From the NCBI RefSeq assembly GCF_028641065.1, contig NC_073398.1, positions 18,724,001 through 18,788,000 on the forward strand: 64,000 nucleotides of DNA. Reading direction: 5' to 3'. Under the pieces are notes generated by a model. The model was given only the letters and a program-made list of their open reading frames with translations, did not search any database and was not told the DNA's origin. Of this stretch, positions 49,891 to 62,455 are shown in pieces. The stretch's first letter is position 1. Each line of letters opens with the position of its first letter. The stretch is from Leucoraja erinacea. Taxonomy: Eukaryota. Both the position numbers and the translations under genes were made by a program.

Positions 49891-52736
49891 GCATAATTTC
49901 CTAATCTTCAGTCAAAACCATGCTTGTGCTGATTAAGAGTGACGTTTGTGAGAACCCTCTGGTGGTGCTAGGTCCAAGCATTGTGTATGTTTTTGCATTG
50001 GATGGGCCTGTACATCGGTTAACATAACCTATGGAAATTACAAGATTGGGCGTATAATCATATTCCACCTTACTGGTACAATTTACTGAACATTTTTAAT
50101 TATATTTCATGACAAAAAAAACAATGTTCAAACAGGTAGATTTTTTTCCTTTTACTTCATCATAGAAAATATTAAATCCATTCATTTAAATCCATTAATT
50201 CATATTCTAACTGTAGAATATGAATTAATGATAGCACTCCATAGCTGCCAATCTCAACACTTTCAATTATGGAGATTTATTTTGCATGTCACAACTATAT
50301 CTAGAAAAATCTTCACCAGGATAATGAAACTGCCAAGCAAACATTTACTTGTCACATTTCATTGTCCCTTTTATCAGTGAGCTGAAAGGCCTGTAATTAC
50401 TAGCATTTTCTTCTTCATATTCATGAAAAGCAGCTTCTTTGTTACTTGATCTGGCCTATTAAAGGCTACAAGGAATTATAAAGCCCTCAGAAAAGGATTT
50501 GAAGTTCAGCTGAAATGGTTCTCACCAGGTCCAAAGATCTGACTTTATAAACGGTTGCATGAAGAAAGGGCTCACTTTTCAGAGGTTTGCCTTTCATTGT
50601 TGCAATTCACGTTTAATGAATTGCCCTTGTACTTGCTGCCCTGCGATGGAAGGGAATTTCAACTAGGTGGCAGAAATCATCAGTCGGACTGAAGAAACAA
50701 TATTGACGAGGACTTCTCAGTTGAAAATTATAGGCAGAAAAGAATTGCGACAAACAACATAATAGAGGTTACATGTTTTTAGTTCAAAATTGAACTGCAT
50801 TTTTAAACACATTTTTGTCATAAGTGCAAATAGTATATTGTATTTATTTAGGATTCCATGGTAACTGTAATGACATTGTGATATTGTAAAACGGTGGGCA
50901 TTTTCACCAATCACCATTTAATGTAATTCTATTTGGAAATGTAAAACTAGAACCATAGCAAACATAGAACAATTACAATGTGTGAGGTTGGCACTAAATT
51001 CACCAAGCACGTGTTGTACATAAATAGCTACCCCACATATGGTAATCCCACCTTCCACACTGGGTCTTTAGCTCCATATGTCACTGCAGATTATATACAT
51101 ATCAGAACTTTTAAAAACAAAATAAGGTTTGCTGAATCCATCATCAGATGCCTCTACCACCTTTTTAAGCAGTGGGTTTCATACCTGAGCAGCCTTGGGG
51201 AAAAAATATTTTCCTTTATTTCCTCTCATCCTTCTACCGAAAGTCAATAGTCCTGTTTATTTGACCCCTAAGGTGAGCAACTTAGGTCCTTTCCAATTCA
51301 TCTGCCCTTATTCATAAACACGCCAATGAAGCCTTCCTGACTTCAAAGAAAACAACCTCAGCCGACCTGATGTTTTCACATACCTTATGTTTTCCTGTCA
51401 TAAATATTGTCTGAAACATTCTTTGCACAGTCTCTTGTGCAACATCCCCTACCATGTGGTGACCACAACTGTATACAATACTGGTGTACAACTATGGTTT
51501 AACTTCCTTAACCAACATATCCTGTGAAACCTGGTTAAAAGATTTGTTGAAATCCATGTCGACTACTTCATGCACCATTACTTTGATCATTTAAGAGAAA
51601 CAGTAAAAATCAATGTATTGTTTTATCTTCACTTGGAAGACCTCCTCTTTCATACGCTATGCTTTTACACCATTTTTTCTGATAAGATAGTTCATGCTGG
51701 GGTGTAGCTAACCGACTAGATTTTGCTGAGGGAAAATAACATTCAAATGGAAATACCATGAATATCATGTAAATTGTTCAACAATTTTGTGCAAAAGGAG
51801 TTTCTAATCAAATTATTCTTCAACAAATTTAACTTACAGGTTAATACACCAAAATATACTTCAGCATGCAGCCCATTATCCTTGTACTAATCTGAATTTG
51901 TTACCAAGGTATTGCCTTGGGTAATTAGAACCATAGAGTTATAAAGCACTAAAATAGGCTCTTTGGCCCATCACATCTTTGCTGAAAAAGATGCCTATCG
52001 AAGCTAATTCCATTTGCTCATATCTCACTAAACCTTTCCTATCCATGTATCTATGTCCGTTCAACATAGTCTCTGCCTTCGCTGGTAGCTTGTTCCACAT
52101 ATCCACCATCCTCCATTTCAGGCAGTTCATTCTACCTTTCATGGTAATAATTCCAAATACATTCATAATAATTATTCACTAACCTTGTCACCTTCTTTTT
52201 TGTTCCTTGATAGTAATAGATCTGTAACTAAGCCCTGCAATTGTGGATTGTAAATGCCATTAAATATGAACTCATGGCAGTTGAGATTACAGTAGACGAC
52301 TACAGAATTTTGACCCAGAGACCAGAACAAAGTGGTGGCTCAGGTATTGTAGTCTATGGTGAAGAATAGTGACCTCTGTTGATTTTGACAGAAGTTACCG
52401 TAAAAGATCAAGTGATGATATTGGCATAGAATTAATCTTTTCCAAGATCTGGAATCTGGTCTTAGAAGATCCATGGTGTACGACATCAATTACATTATTA
52501 AGCAGACTGAGCAACCAATTGCAGTGAAAAATCCTCAGAGACACCAGACCAAAAAACAAAATGTACACATTTCAACTCTCTTGTTGACATTTTACAAACA
52601 AAGAAATAAGGTACACATCAGATTAACCTGGATGCAATAAACAAGCACTATAAATGTTGTTTTAAAGGAGGTAGGGAATTTGGAAATGTTCATCTGCAGG
52701 CATGATAATATCATAGAGACTAATGGACTATTATAT

Positions 52737-53195
52737 TGGCCCTGTCCCACTTAGGCTATTTTTAGGCGACTGCCGGCGACTGTCATGATCGTAGCAGGTT
52801 GCCGTAAAACTGGCGACTGGACCCCACTTCAACATAAAATTTTAAATAGAATCATTACTTTAACAACAAAAAAAAACAAAGTCAGCAACGACGACAACTT
52901 ACATCACCTGACAAGAACAACCTACATTAACCTGATGACAACCTACGATAGCCTGGCAACAACTACAACAGCACCTACGTCAGGTGAAGTAATTGGCTTC
53001 AAACCCACTGTCGCCAACTGTCTCCGAAAATTTTTCAACATGTTGAAAATCCAGCGTCGACCAGAAAGACGCTACGACTCTTTGGGCGACTGAGGAGATT
53101 ACTCACGACCATACAGGCGACACCCCGGCGACCATGTGGTGACAGCCTAGTCGCCTGTAGTTGCCTACAAAAATCACCTAAGTGAGATAGGCCCT
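52737..53195. mobile_element. PIF/Harbinger-like MITE
   Basis: TIRs GGCCCTGTCCCACTTAGG / CCTAAGTGAGATAGGCCC and multiple subterminal GGCGAC repeats. Confidence 0.8.
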
Positions 53196-54792
53196 TTATA
53201 CTGGAGGCACAAAATCAAATCCCGCTTCATAACTTCAAATCATGAAACGAATCTGAGATAGTAGCAATGGTGAACATGAAACTTCCAGATGGTCTTATAC
53301 GTCATATAGAGAAGAAAACCTGATGTCCGTATCAGACCTGTCCTAGATGCGATCAAGTCAATGCTTCAATGGTCCTTTATTGTCATGTGTACCGAGCTAC
53401 AGTGAAATTTGATTAGCCATACAGTCATACAAAAAAGCAACAAGATACATAACTACATAAAGCTTAAACATAGACTTAAACAGCCACCACAGTGATGTGT
53501 GAGAATCCCCAGGGCACACAGCATAAGCGGACACACCTAGCCATCAGTTCAATGTCTGGGCCACACATACGCTCCTTCACCGTGATGTGACCAGAGTTGT
53601 ACCAATTGCTGTCACTCTCTCTGCAGTCCCTGTCTTAACTATCCTTAAAAAATTCTAAACCTAACCCAAATTTGATGGCCTCATTTTGTGATATGCACAT
53701 TTGGAGGGAGTTTCCAGTTATAAAATTAGCATTGTATAGCTAGGGAGCTTAGAGCTGGAGAGCTAGATTGTTGAACGTTAATTATGGATTGGTATGCCTC
53801 ATTCGACAATATAACGTTTTCACGGGTATATAGAGCAGTTTATGATAGACAATAGGTGCAGGAGTAGGTCATTTGGCCCTTCAAGCCAGCACAAAGACAA
53901 GCCAGCATAATCAAACAAAGTTCTCAATAATTCAACAGATTTTTCTGGAATACGCTGGAGGTGGTGGTGAATGAGTGGATACTGAGGAGCAGGAGGAGAT
54001 TTACTCACAGTAGCTTCTGGAGTTCTGTATTTGACCAGGCTCACAATTATTCCAGAGTATGTTGTCAGTTTTTGTCTGTTATGACAGGGCCAGATTTACT
54101 CACAGTAGCTTCACTGCTACTTTCTTGACAAGCCCTATGCTAATATTGCACTATTAGATTCCAAATGCCATGTATTTCTAACGACTGTCAGTCATATGCT
54201 ACATTTTGGTCTGGCATCAGTTTCAATCAGCCTCTCACAATTGCCCAATAAATGTATCTGGAATATTCATTTCATAATATATCAAAATAAGGATGTTATC
54301 TGGGACATGAGCGGCCATTTTACGAAAATCTTTGTGAACTTTCCATTTGCTATGATTTGTTATAGGCAGTTTGAATTCAATTTATGATGCTATAACAAAA
54401 TCACACACTTTGTAATCAAAAGATTTAGTTACACAAAAGTCAAAACTATTACATCCCAACATTAAACAGAAGTGTTGTAATCATGTATTAACTATGATAG
54501 ATAAATCCATTAAATCATGTTTGTGTGTTGATCGCAAGCCGTTCATTGTTGATATGTTCTTTATGAACAGTGTTATTGTAATCAACTCCATTGACATGCA
54601 AACACAATAATTTTAAAATATCCTGTCTGCAGACACCAAGATAAAATGCTGTTTCACTGAAAGGCCTCTCAGGCTTATTTTAACCCTTACATTATTTGTT
54701 ATGAGTCTGAATATGATAAAAGACCTGGATTTTCTTGATGATTTTGTCAAGGATGTCTTCGAGAGAAAATTACAGCTGTAGGATATGGATGA

Positions 54793-55007
54793 TGTAGGAA
54801 GGAACTGTAGGTACTGGTTTAAACCTAGGATAGACACAAAAGCTGGAGTAACTCAGCGGGGCAAGCAGCATCTCTGGAGAGAAGGAATGGGTGACGTTTC
54901 GGGTCGACACCTAAGAAGGGTCTCAACCCGAAACGTCACCCACTCCTTCTCTCCCGAGATGCTGCCTGTCCTGCTGAGTCACTCCAGCTTTTTGTGTCCA
55001 TCTTCGA
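54793..55007. mobile_element. Fold-back Penelope pLTR mini-element, young
   Basis: Inverted arms of ~80 bp meet between two truncated hammerhead halves (gtgacgtttcgggtcga / aagaagggtctcaacccgaaacgtcac). Confidence 0.85.
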
Positions 55008-55561
55008 TGTGAATGATTATTGACTTGATCAGGTTGATGTAAGAGAGACAGTTTAGTCTCATCCAGTTTACTCAATGCATGGGCAATTGGAATAAAAACA
55101 ATAGGAACAAAAAAATAATCATAAAAAGAAAACATGGGAAGAAAACACGAATACTTGTCAGTGTTTGATGATAACATAATTGTGATACTCTTTTCACCAG
55201 GTAGATTTAACTAGAAATAAAGACCTAAAGAATTAAAGAACCGGGATGTTTTCAAAGTTCTTTTGTTACATGGGATAAGTAGATATGTTAAATGTTTATA
55301 TTATGTGTAAAACTCACAAACAGATAATTATTCATAATATAACAGAATAGAAATTCACTCATTTCCTGCAGAAATATTAAATGTTTGGGGTTAGGAAAAT
55401 TGCTTAATTTGCATTTTTTGCTAAACTAATGCATTCTATTGTTTAAACTAACATTTAAACATCAAATAATATACCTAAAAATGCCATTGTATGATGTACA
55501 TTTTGCAGTGATAATATAGATTGCTATTCCTGAGTGCTATGAATGAATCAGAATTCCTCCA

Positions 55562-56398
55562 TCTATCTTCTATCTAAACATAACTGAATCTCTGATCTTG
55601 TTATCTTCCGGTTTGCACGGACATTCTATTTGCGCAAAAACGGTACGCGATAGCGCTATGTTTTTTTGCCAGCTTACTCACCGTTCTCCTCTGCTGCGAT
55701 TGCACCAAGTTTCATTCCGATTGGTGGTCTAATGTAAAAGTTAGTGAGGTTTAAAAATTGCGCATGGCAGATCGATCTACTCTTCTGCCAGTTGGAGCCG
55801 CTTGGATTGGCCATTTCTCCTGTCACTCCGCGGGACGGTCCGCCCCTTCCTGCGCCATCACGTCTTTACTGGAGCTGAGGGAGGCTTTGAATGGCCGGCG
55901 GAGATCTCCAACCGGGCGCAATTTTTGGAGGGACCAGAAGCGGCCCAACCCGGTCCAACGCAGAGTCAGAGATGTCGCTGATGTAGCCAAATAGAAAACG
56001 GAGACTCTGATCCTGGCGGAGGAGAACGTCCAGTGACCAATGTCCGCTGTGAGTCCACAACAGCCGCTGTTAGTCCAAATCATCCGCTGTGAGTCCTCCA
56101 GCCCCTTTCCCTCTGGTCCCTGCCCCCCTCCCGCTTGATACCACCCTCTTCCCCCACAACCCCATCTTTTCTCTGAGCTCTCCCCCCCCCCCCCCCTCCC
56201 CCCCCCCCCCCCCCCACCCACCCCCCCCCCCCCACCTCCACAACCTCCTCCCCCACCACCAATAAACCCCTCCTCTCTGGCTGGTGGAATATTGCATTGG
56301 GGGAACGGGTTAGTGGTGGATATTGCATTGGGGAATGGGTTGCGTTGGGGGACTAGGCCTCCCGTGTGACTGGGACCAATGGGCCCCACTTAGTCTAG
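55562..56398 (+). mobile_element. Non-autonomous Helitron
   Basis: 5' A|TC start (55562 or 55573); subterminal hairpin GGGACC-AAT-GGGCCC (~56372-56386); 3' CTAG (56395-56398) followed by T; no TSD or TIR. Confidence 0.7.
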
Positions 56399-57074
56399 TA
56401 CACTATAAACAAAGTCATAAAATGCTATCGAATCTCAGCAGGACACGTAGCATCTACAGAGAGAGAATAACAGAAACAATGTCAGGTCTGGAATGTCCTG
56501 GGAGGAGATAATAATCAGGGCCTTTACTCTCCTGAGTATAGAAGAATGAAAGTTAATCTAATTGAAACAACATGCTTAACAAGATAGGTGCAATGTAGAG
56601 GCAATGCTTTCCCTCCCTCTAGAATCTAGGTATCTTGAAATAGGGCCCACAGTCACAGAATGAGAGAAGAACATTTAGCGTTGAGATGAGAAGACATTTC
56701 TTCACCAAAAGCGGAATCCTTTCAATTCACTGTCCAAGTGGATTGCAGAGGGTCAGTGCCTGAGTGATAGAGGTGATAGGTCTTTGAATATTAAGTACAT
56801 ATCAGATGTTGATTGAGTCATTAAATCAGTACTGAGGTAAAGGACCAAGCATGATGGAAGAAGTACAAGTGGCTTAAAGCCCCATTCCTACTTCAGATTC
56901 AGATTCAGATTCAGATTCAGATTCAATTTTAATTGTCATTGTCAGTGTACAGTACAGAGACAACGAAATGCATTTTTATTGTGTTCTATTATTTATAGTT
57001 ATTGTGTTCTATTGTTTATAGTTAGTGCTGATTGGTGCTGCTTTATTGTCTTACTTTGTGAATGATCTTTCAGT

Positions 57075-57980
57075 CTGGTTCTGAGCCTCTACTCCCTCTT
57101 CACCTACGACTGCACACCTGTATATGGTACTAACACCATCATCAAGTATGCAGATGATACAACGGCGATTGGCCTCATTAACGACAACAATGAGTCGGCC
57201 AATAGGGAGGATGTCCAGCTCCTAGCAGCATAGTGCGCTGACAACAACCTGGCCCTTAACTTCAAGAAGACCAAGGAGTTCATTGTGGACTTTAGAAGGT
57301 CTAGGGGCGGCACGCACACCCCCATCCATATTAACTGGACGGAGGTGGAACGTATTTCTCGCTTCAGGTTTCTGGGAGTCAACATCTCTGATGACCTCTC
57401 TTGGACTCACAATACCTCAACACTGGTCAAGAAGGCTCACCAGCGTCTCTTCTTCCTGAGTAGACTAAAAAAGGTCCATCTGTCTCCTCAGATTCTGGTG
57501 AACTTCTAGCGCTGCACCATCGAGAACATCCTTACCAACTCTGTCACAGTATGGTATGGCAACTGCTCTGTCTCTGACTGGAAAGCACTGCAGAGGGTGG
57601 TGAAAACTGCCCAACGCATCACCGGTTCCTCACTCCCCTCCATTGAGTCTGTCCAAAGCAAGTGATGTCTGCGAAAGGCGCGCAGCATTGTCAAGGACTG
57701 CTCTCACCCCAGCCACAGACTGTTTACCCTCCTACCATCCGGGAGGTGCTACAGGTATCTCCGTTGCCGGACCAGCAGGCTCAGGAACAGCTTCTTCCCT
57801 GCGGCTGTTACACTACTTAACTCTGCACCTTGGTGATGCCAGTTTGTACATATATATATATTTTACTGCTCATTATTCTATGTTCGCTCTTCTGGGGGAG
57901 TTGCTAACTGCATTTCGTTGTCTCTGTACTGTACACTGCACAATGACAATAAAGATTGAATCTGAATCTGAATCTGAATC
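57075..57980 (+). mobile_element. Rex1/Babar-clade LINE 3' part, decayed
   Basis: IIKYADDTT, KTKEFIVDFRR, FRFLGVNISDDLSW, KKAHQRLFFL; AATAAA plus (GAATCT)n tail. Confidence 0.88.
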
Positions 57981-58039
57981 AACTTTGGCTCAGTCGTAGC
58001 ATTCTGAATTAGAGGGTTGTGGATTGAAATTCTACTGCA

Positions 58040-58387
58040 CAGATGGAAAGGATGTTTCCACTAGTGAGAGAGTCAAGGACTAGAGGTCATAGCCTCAGGA
58101 TTAAAGGATGTTCTTTTAGGAAGAAGAGAGATTTCTTGAGTCAGAGAGTGGTGAATCTGTGAAATTCTTTGCCTTTGCCACAGAAGGCTGTGGAGGCCAA
58201 GTCAGCGGATTATTTTTAAGGCAGAGATAGACAGTTTCTTAATTAGTACAGGTGTCAGGGGTTATGGGGAGAAGGCAAGAGAATGGGGTTAAGAGCGAGA
58301 AATAGATCAGCCATAATTGAATGGCAGACTTGATGGGCTGAATGGCCTAATTCTACTGCTGTCACTCATGACCTTATGACCTTATGT
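58040..58387 (+). mobile_element. CR1 LINE 3' end
   Basis: SRTRGHSLRI remnant and (ATGACCTT)n tail. Confidence 0.8.
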
Positions 58388-58443
58388 ATCAGTCTGTGTT
58401 TGAAAAATGCTGCAGGAGGTGTCACCTTTTGCATAAATCAATT

Positions 58444-58740
58444 CAGGCCCTTCAGACCACCGAGTCCACACCAACCAGCGATCCCCGCACATTAACACTA
58501 TCTTACACTATCCTACACACATTAGGGACAATATACACATACACCAAGCCAATTAACATACAAACCTGCACATCTTTGGAGTGTGGGAGGAAACAGAATA
58601 TCTTTGAGAAAACCGACGCGGTCATGGGGAGAAAGTACAAACTCCATATAGATAGCACCCATAATTGGGGTCGAACCCGGGTCTCTGGTGCTGCAGGTGT
58701 TATAAGGCAGCAACTCCACCACTGTGCCACTATTGTAGCC
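58444..58740 (-). mobile_element. HE1-type V-SINE
   Basis: Antisense core and B-box (ggtcgaacccggg). Confidence 0.8.
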
Positions 58741-60409
58741 CCGATATAATTACATTATATTAGGCCAATAATATAAATATTATAATAAATAACTAAAAAA
58801 CTGATTACAAGGTGCTTGTTATTTTCGCCAGTTTCCGCACCTTTTTCTATATAAGTTCAACTTCTAATGCTAAATATTTACCCTGAGCAGAATGTTTTAT
58901 TACATCCTGAGATTATGAACGACAGTACAAATGAATGTCCTTTCCTTATTTTTTTTTAAATATAACAAAGTTAATTGTTTTTACGTTTGTTTAATTTGCC
59001 TCTGAAGTAAACCATCAGTGGATGTTTTAATCACATATTATACAAGGAAAGCAGAATCAAACAAATGAAAAATAAGCAGAGAAATTCTGTGATTTAACAT
59101 TTACAACAGGCTAACTCCAATAACCGTGAGAATATATGAAGACAAGATATATCTTTAGCTATAGTGCTCATCTTTCATAGCAAGAGATATTATTCAACTA
59201 CCTTCAACCAGTTGCATTAACACTTAGTTTCCCACAAGTTAAAATATAATTTCTCACAAGCAGACTAACAGTGAAGATTTATACACAATCTACAATTAAA
59301 ATGGACAGAATTTTGAAATGGAAAGTATAACCATTCTAAAAATGATAGGCAAAATAAACATATCAATCATTGATTAGCTCATTATCCCCAGTGGTCCTCA
59401 TAAATCATATTTTGACAACATTTCTCTGGCTTTATTCCCCAACCATTTTGCAGAATTATCACGGTCAAGAATCAGCCCCCAATCAAGTCTGTGATAGTAA
59501 TTTGTTGCAGCAAAGGATTGGGTATTGTGACCAAAGATCAGTAATAACAGTTGCAGAGCTTAATTAAAATAACAAGATGATGGGATATTTACGCTGAATT
59601 TTTATGTTAAATAAAATTAAAGCCAGCTGGTTTAATCAGCAATGGTGTTACACAATAGTACAAGATGAAGTAACTAGTTTCTTGACAGTGAATTAATGAG
59701 CGATCTGTTAGATTCATCAGAGAAGTGAAGTTACAGGGTGGTGAATCTGTGGAATTATTTGCCACAGAAGGCTGTCGAGGGAGGGTAAATTCATATTTTT
59801 AAGGCAGAGATAGATACATTCTTGATTAGTATGGGTGTCAGGGGTTATGGGGAGAAGGCAGGGGAATGGGGATAGGAGGGAGAGATAGATAAGCCATGAT
59901 TGAATGGCAGAGTAGGCTAGATGGGCCAAATAGCCCAATTCTGCTCCTATCTCTAATAACCTTATGACAATTAGCGTACAAACTTAAACTCTGTTTCCAT
60001 CAAAACTCTAAGTAGGTGTGCATGTAATATATGCAGGTGTACAATAGAAAATTCCAAAGAAAACGAATTTTCAAAGCACCTTAACAATAATTTTGTAGGG
60101 AAGATCTAGTTTGGCTACGATAGAAGAAGAAATCGACTGCAGTCTCCTAAAGTTCAGTAAGTGTGGACACGTTTCTGGGCAATAAATAATTTTAAAATTT
60201 ACATCGTTGCAAGTTTAACATAGCATTTTCAGAAAATTTATCAAACAAAAAATAAACTTTTGATTGATTCAGAATTGAGCTTTCTACCAGTAATAATTTA
60301 CTTGGATCTGCATATGCTGGTGTCATACTTATAATAACCATCGATAATCATTGTTTTTTTTTTGCAGGGCCTAATATAATGTTATTATCATCAATAACAG
60401 GAAGCAAGA

Positions 60410-62455
60410 AACTGTGGGCTGGTGAACCTTGCATCAGTAGTAGGGAAATATTTGGAGAAGATCCTTAGAGATAGGTTCTGCTCACATCCAGAAATCACAC
60501 TTACCAAAGATAGTCGCTTTGTGTGGGGAAGATACAAGATACAATTTTCATTGTCATTTGGACCCCTTGAGGTCCAAACGAAATGCCGTTTCTGCAGCCA
60601 TACATTACATTACAAACAAATAGACCCAAGATACAACATAATTTACATAAACATCCATCACATTGCTGTGATGGAAGGCCAAAAAAACTTATCTCTCCAC
60701 TGCACTCTCCCCCCCCCCCCGCGATGTCAGAGTCAAAGTCAAAGCCCCCGACTGGCGATGGCAATTGTCCCGCGGCCATTAAAGCCACGCCGGGTGGTGT
60801 GAGGTCGCACACCGAGTCTTGGTGTTAGAGCCCCCGGCGTGCGCTCGCAGAGTCCCGCGGTCATTCCAAGCCGCGCGGGGCGGTGATGTCAGGCCCTGCT
60901 CCAGGAGCTCTTCGACCCCGCAACTCGGGCGGGAGAAGTCGCCGTTGCGAGAGCCCTGAAAAGCGGTCTTCCTCCAGGGACCCGCGGGCTCCCGGTGCCG
61001 CCGTCCACCAAACCTGCAGTTGCAGCATCCGAATCTCCAGAGGTCGAGCCGCAGCAGCAGCAGCAGCAGCGCTCCTCCACCGCTCCACCCGCTCCGGACT
61101 CGGCCAGCCCCGCGACGGTGACGGTGAGTCGTTGGCACCAGAGTCCCCGGTCTCGTCCTGTTGGAGGCCGCTCCTCATTGCAGCCCCAACGATAACGGAG
61201 ACCCGACAAGAAAGGGTCGGGTCTCCCGTGCAGGGAGAGATTTAAAAGTTTCCCCCTCCCTCCCACCCCACCCCCCCCACCCCCCCACACACACACCCCA
61301 ACAAAAAATAACAAAAACTACATAGAAACATAGACAGAAAATAATAAAAACGCGGACGGGCTGCAGAGGCCGCTGCTGACGAGAGTCGAGCCGCCTACCG
61401 GATCATGACTTACAAGCTTGAATTAGTTTTTTGCGGAGGTGACAAAGGTACATGGGTCCACAGATTGTATTCAAAGACCGAGGATAATGATGGAAGGGTG
61501 TTATTCTGACTAGATGTCTGTGAGCAGTGCTTTGTTGTGAGGATCAGTGCTGGTGCCTCTGAATATATAGGTCGATTGGCAGTACAAAATTTGTCGATAG
61601 TGGATAGTGAGAAAACCTGTCAAATGATACAGTAGGATGTAGGCCAGTTTGAAATATGGGTGGGGACATCGCAGGTAGAGTTTAATCTGGATAAATATGA
61701 GGTGTGGCTCTTTGGAAGGACAAACATATCAGGAAAGTATAAAGTGAATGGCAGGACTTAGGATGCACAGAGAAATTGCAGGGTGCAAGTTCATAGCTCC
61801 CCGAGAATGGCAACACAAGTAGACAGGGTGATACAGAAGTCAGAAGACATACCATTATTAATCAAGACATAGAGTATGAATGTCAGGAAGTCATATTGTG
61901 ACTATAAAACTTTAGTAGGCCACATTTCGAGTATAGAGTACATTTGGTCATCACATGTAACGAATGATGTGGAGGTTTTGAAGAGGATGCAAAATAAGTT
62001 ATTTCGGGACTTGCGTGGTTTAGACATTATTAGGTATGAGAGGTTCGACACACTTGGAATGTTTTCTCTGGTAACCTGAGGCTGACTGACAATCTGATAG
62101 AAATGCATGAAAATATGAGAGGAATAGTTGGGATAGAGATGATCGTCCTTTTCCCAAAATGGAAATGTCAGATACTGGAGAGCATAGAATGAAAGTGAGT
62201 GGGGGAAAGTTCGGAAATTAATTTGGCAGGTTTTAACACAGAGCGGTAAATGCCTGGAATGGGCTGCCAGGGAAGGTTATGAGAGCAGATATGGCAGCAG
62301 CATTTAAGAGGCATTTAGACAGGCACATGAAAAAGGCTGTGTGTGGCAGGATATAGACCATGTGCAGGCAGATCTGTTGTTTAAATTGGCATTGTGATCA
62401 GTGCATAAATCTTGGGCATAAAGGCCTGTTCCTTTGCTGTGCTGTTCAATGTTCT
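60410..62455 (+). mobile_element. Old CR1 LINE RT/3' region, split by the insertion at 60531-61400
   Basis: VNLASVVGKYLEKILRDR before the insert. Decayed GSVL, YKTLVGHIS and CR1 3' UTR after it. Confidence 0.7.
60531..61400 (-). mobile_element. GC-rich non-autonomous retroposon with a Rex/Babar-like 3' tail
   Basis: Antisense tail gatacaagatacaat...ttgtcattt...aacgaaatgcc resembles the Rex ends at 56894-56975 and 57905-57980. It cleanly interrupts CR1 at GAT (60531-60533 / 61401-61403). No recognisable coding content. Confidence 0.65.

Noticed and set aside
55823-56389. 188-aa glycine-rich ORF and overlapping frames; also the Gly run at 11502-11910
   Set aside because: Produced by poly-C homopolymer tracts; no domain motifs.
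60779-61314. Overlapping ORFs with poly-Ala/Gln/Leu/Cys
   Set aside because: A (CAG)n tract in a GC-rich repeat that is stop-poor in all frames.
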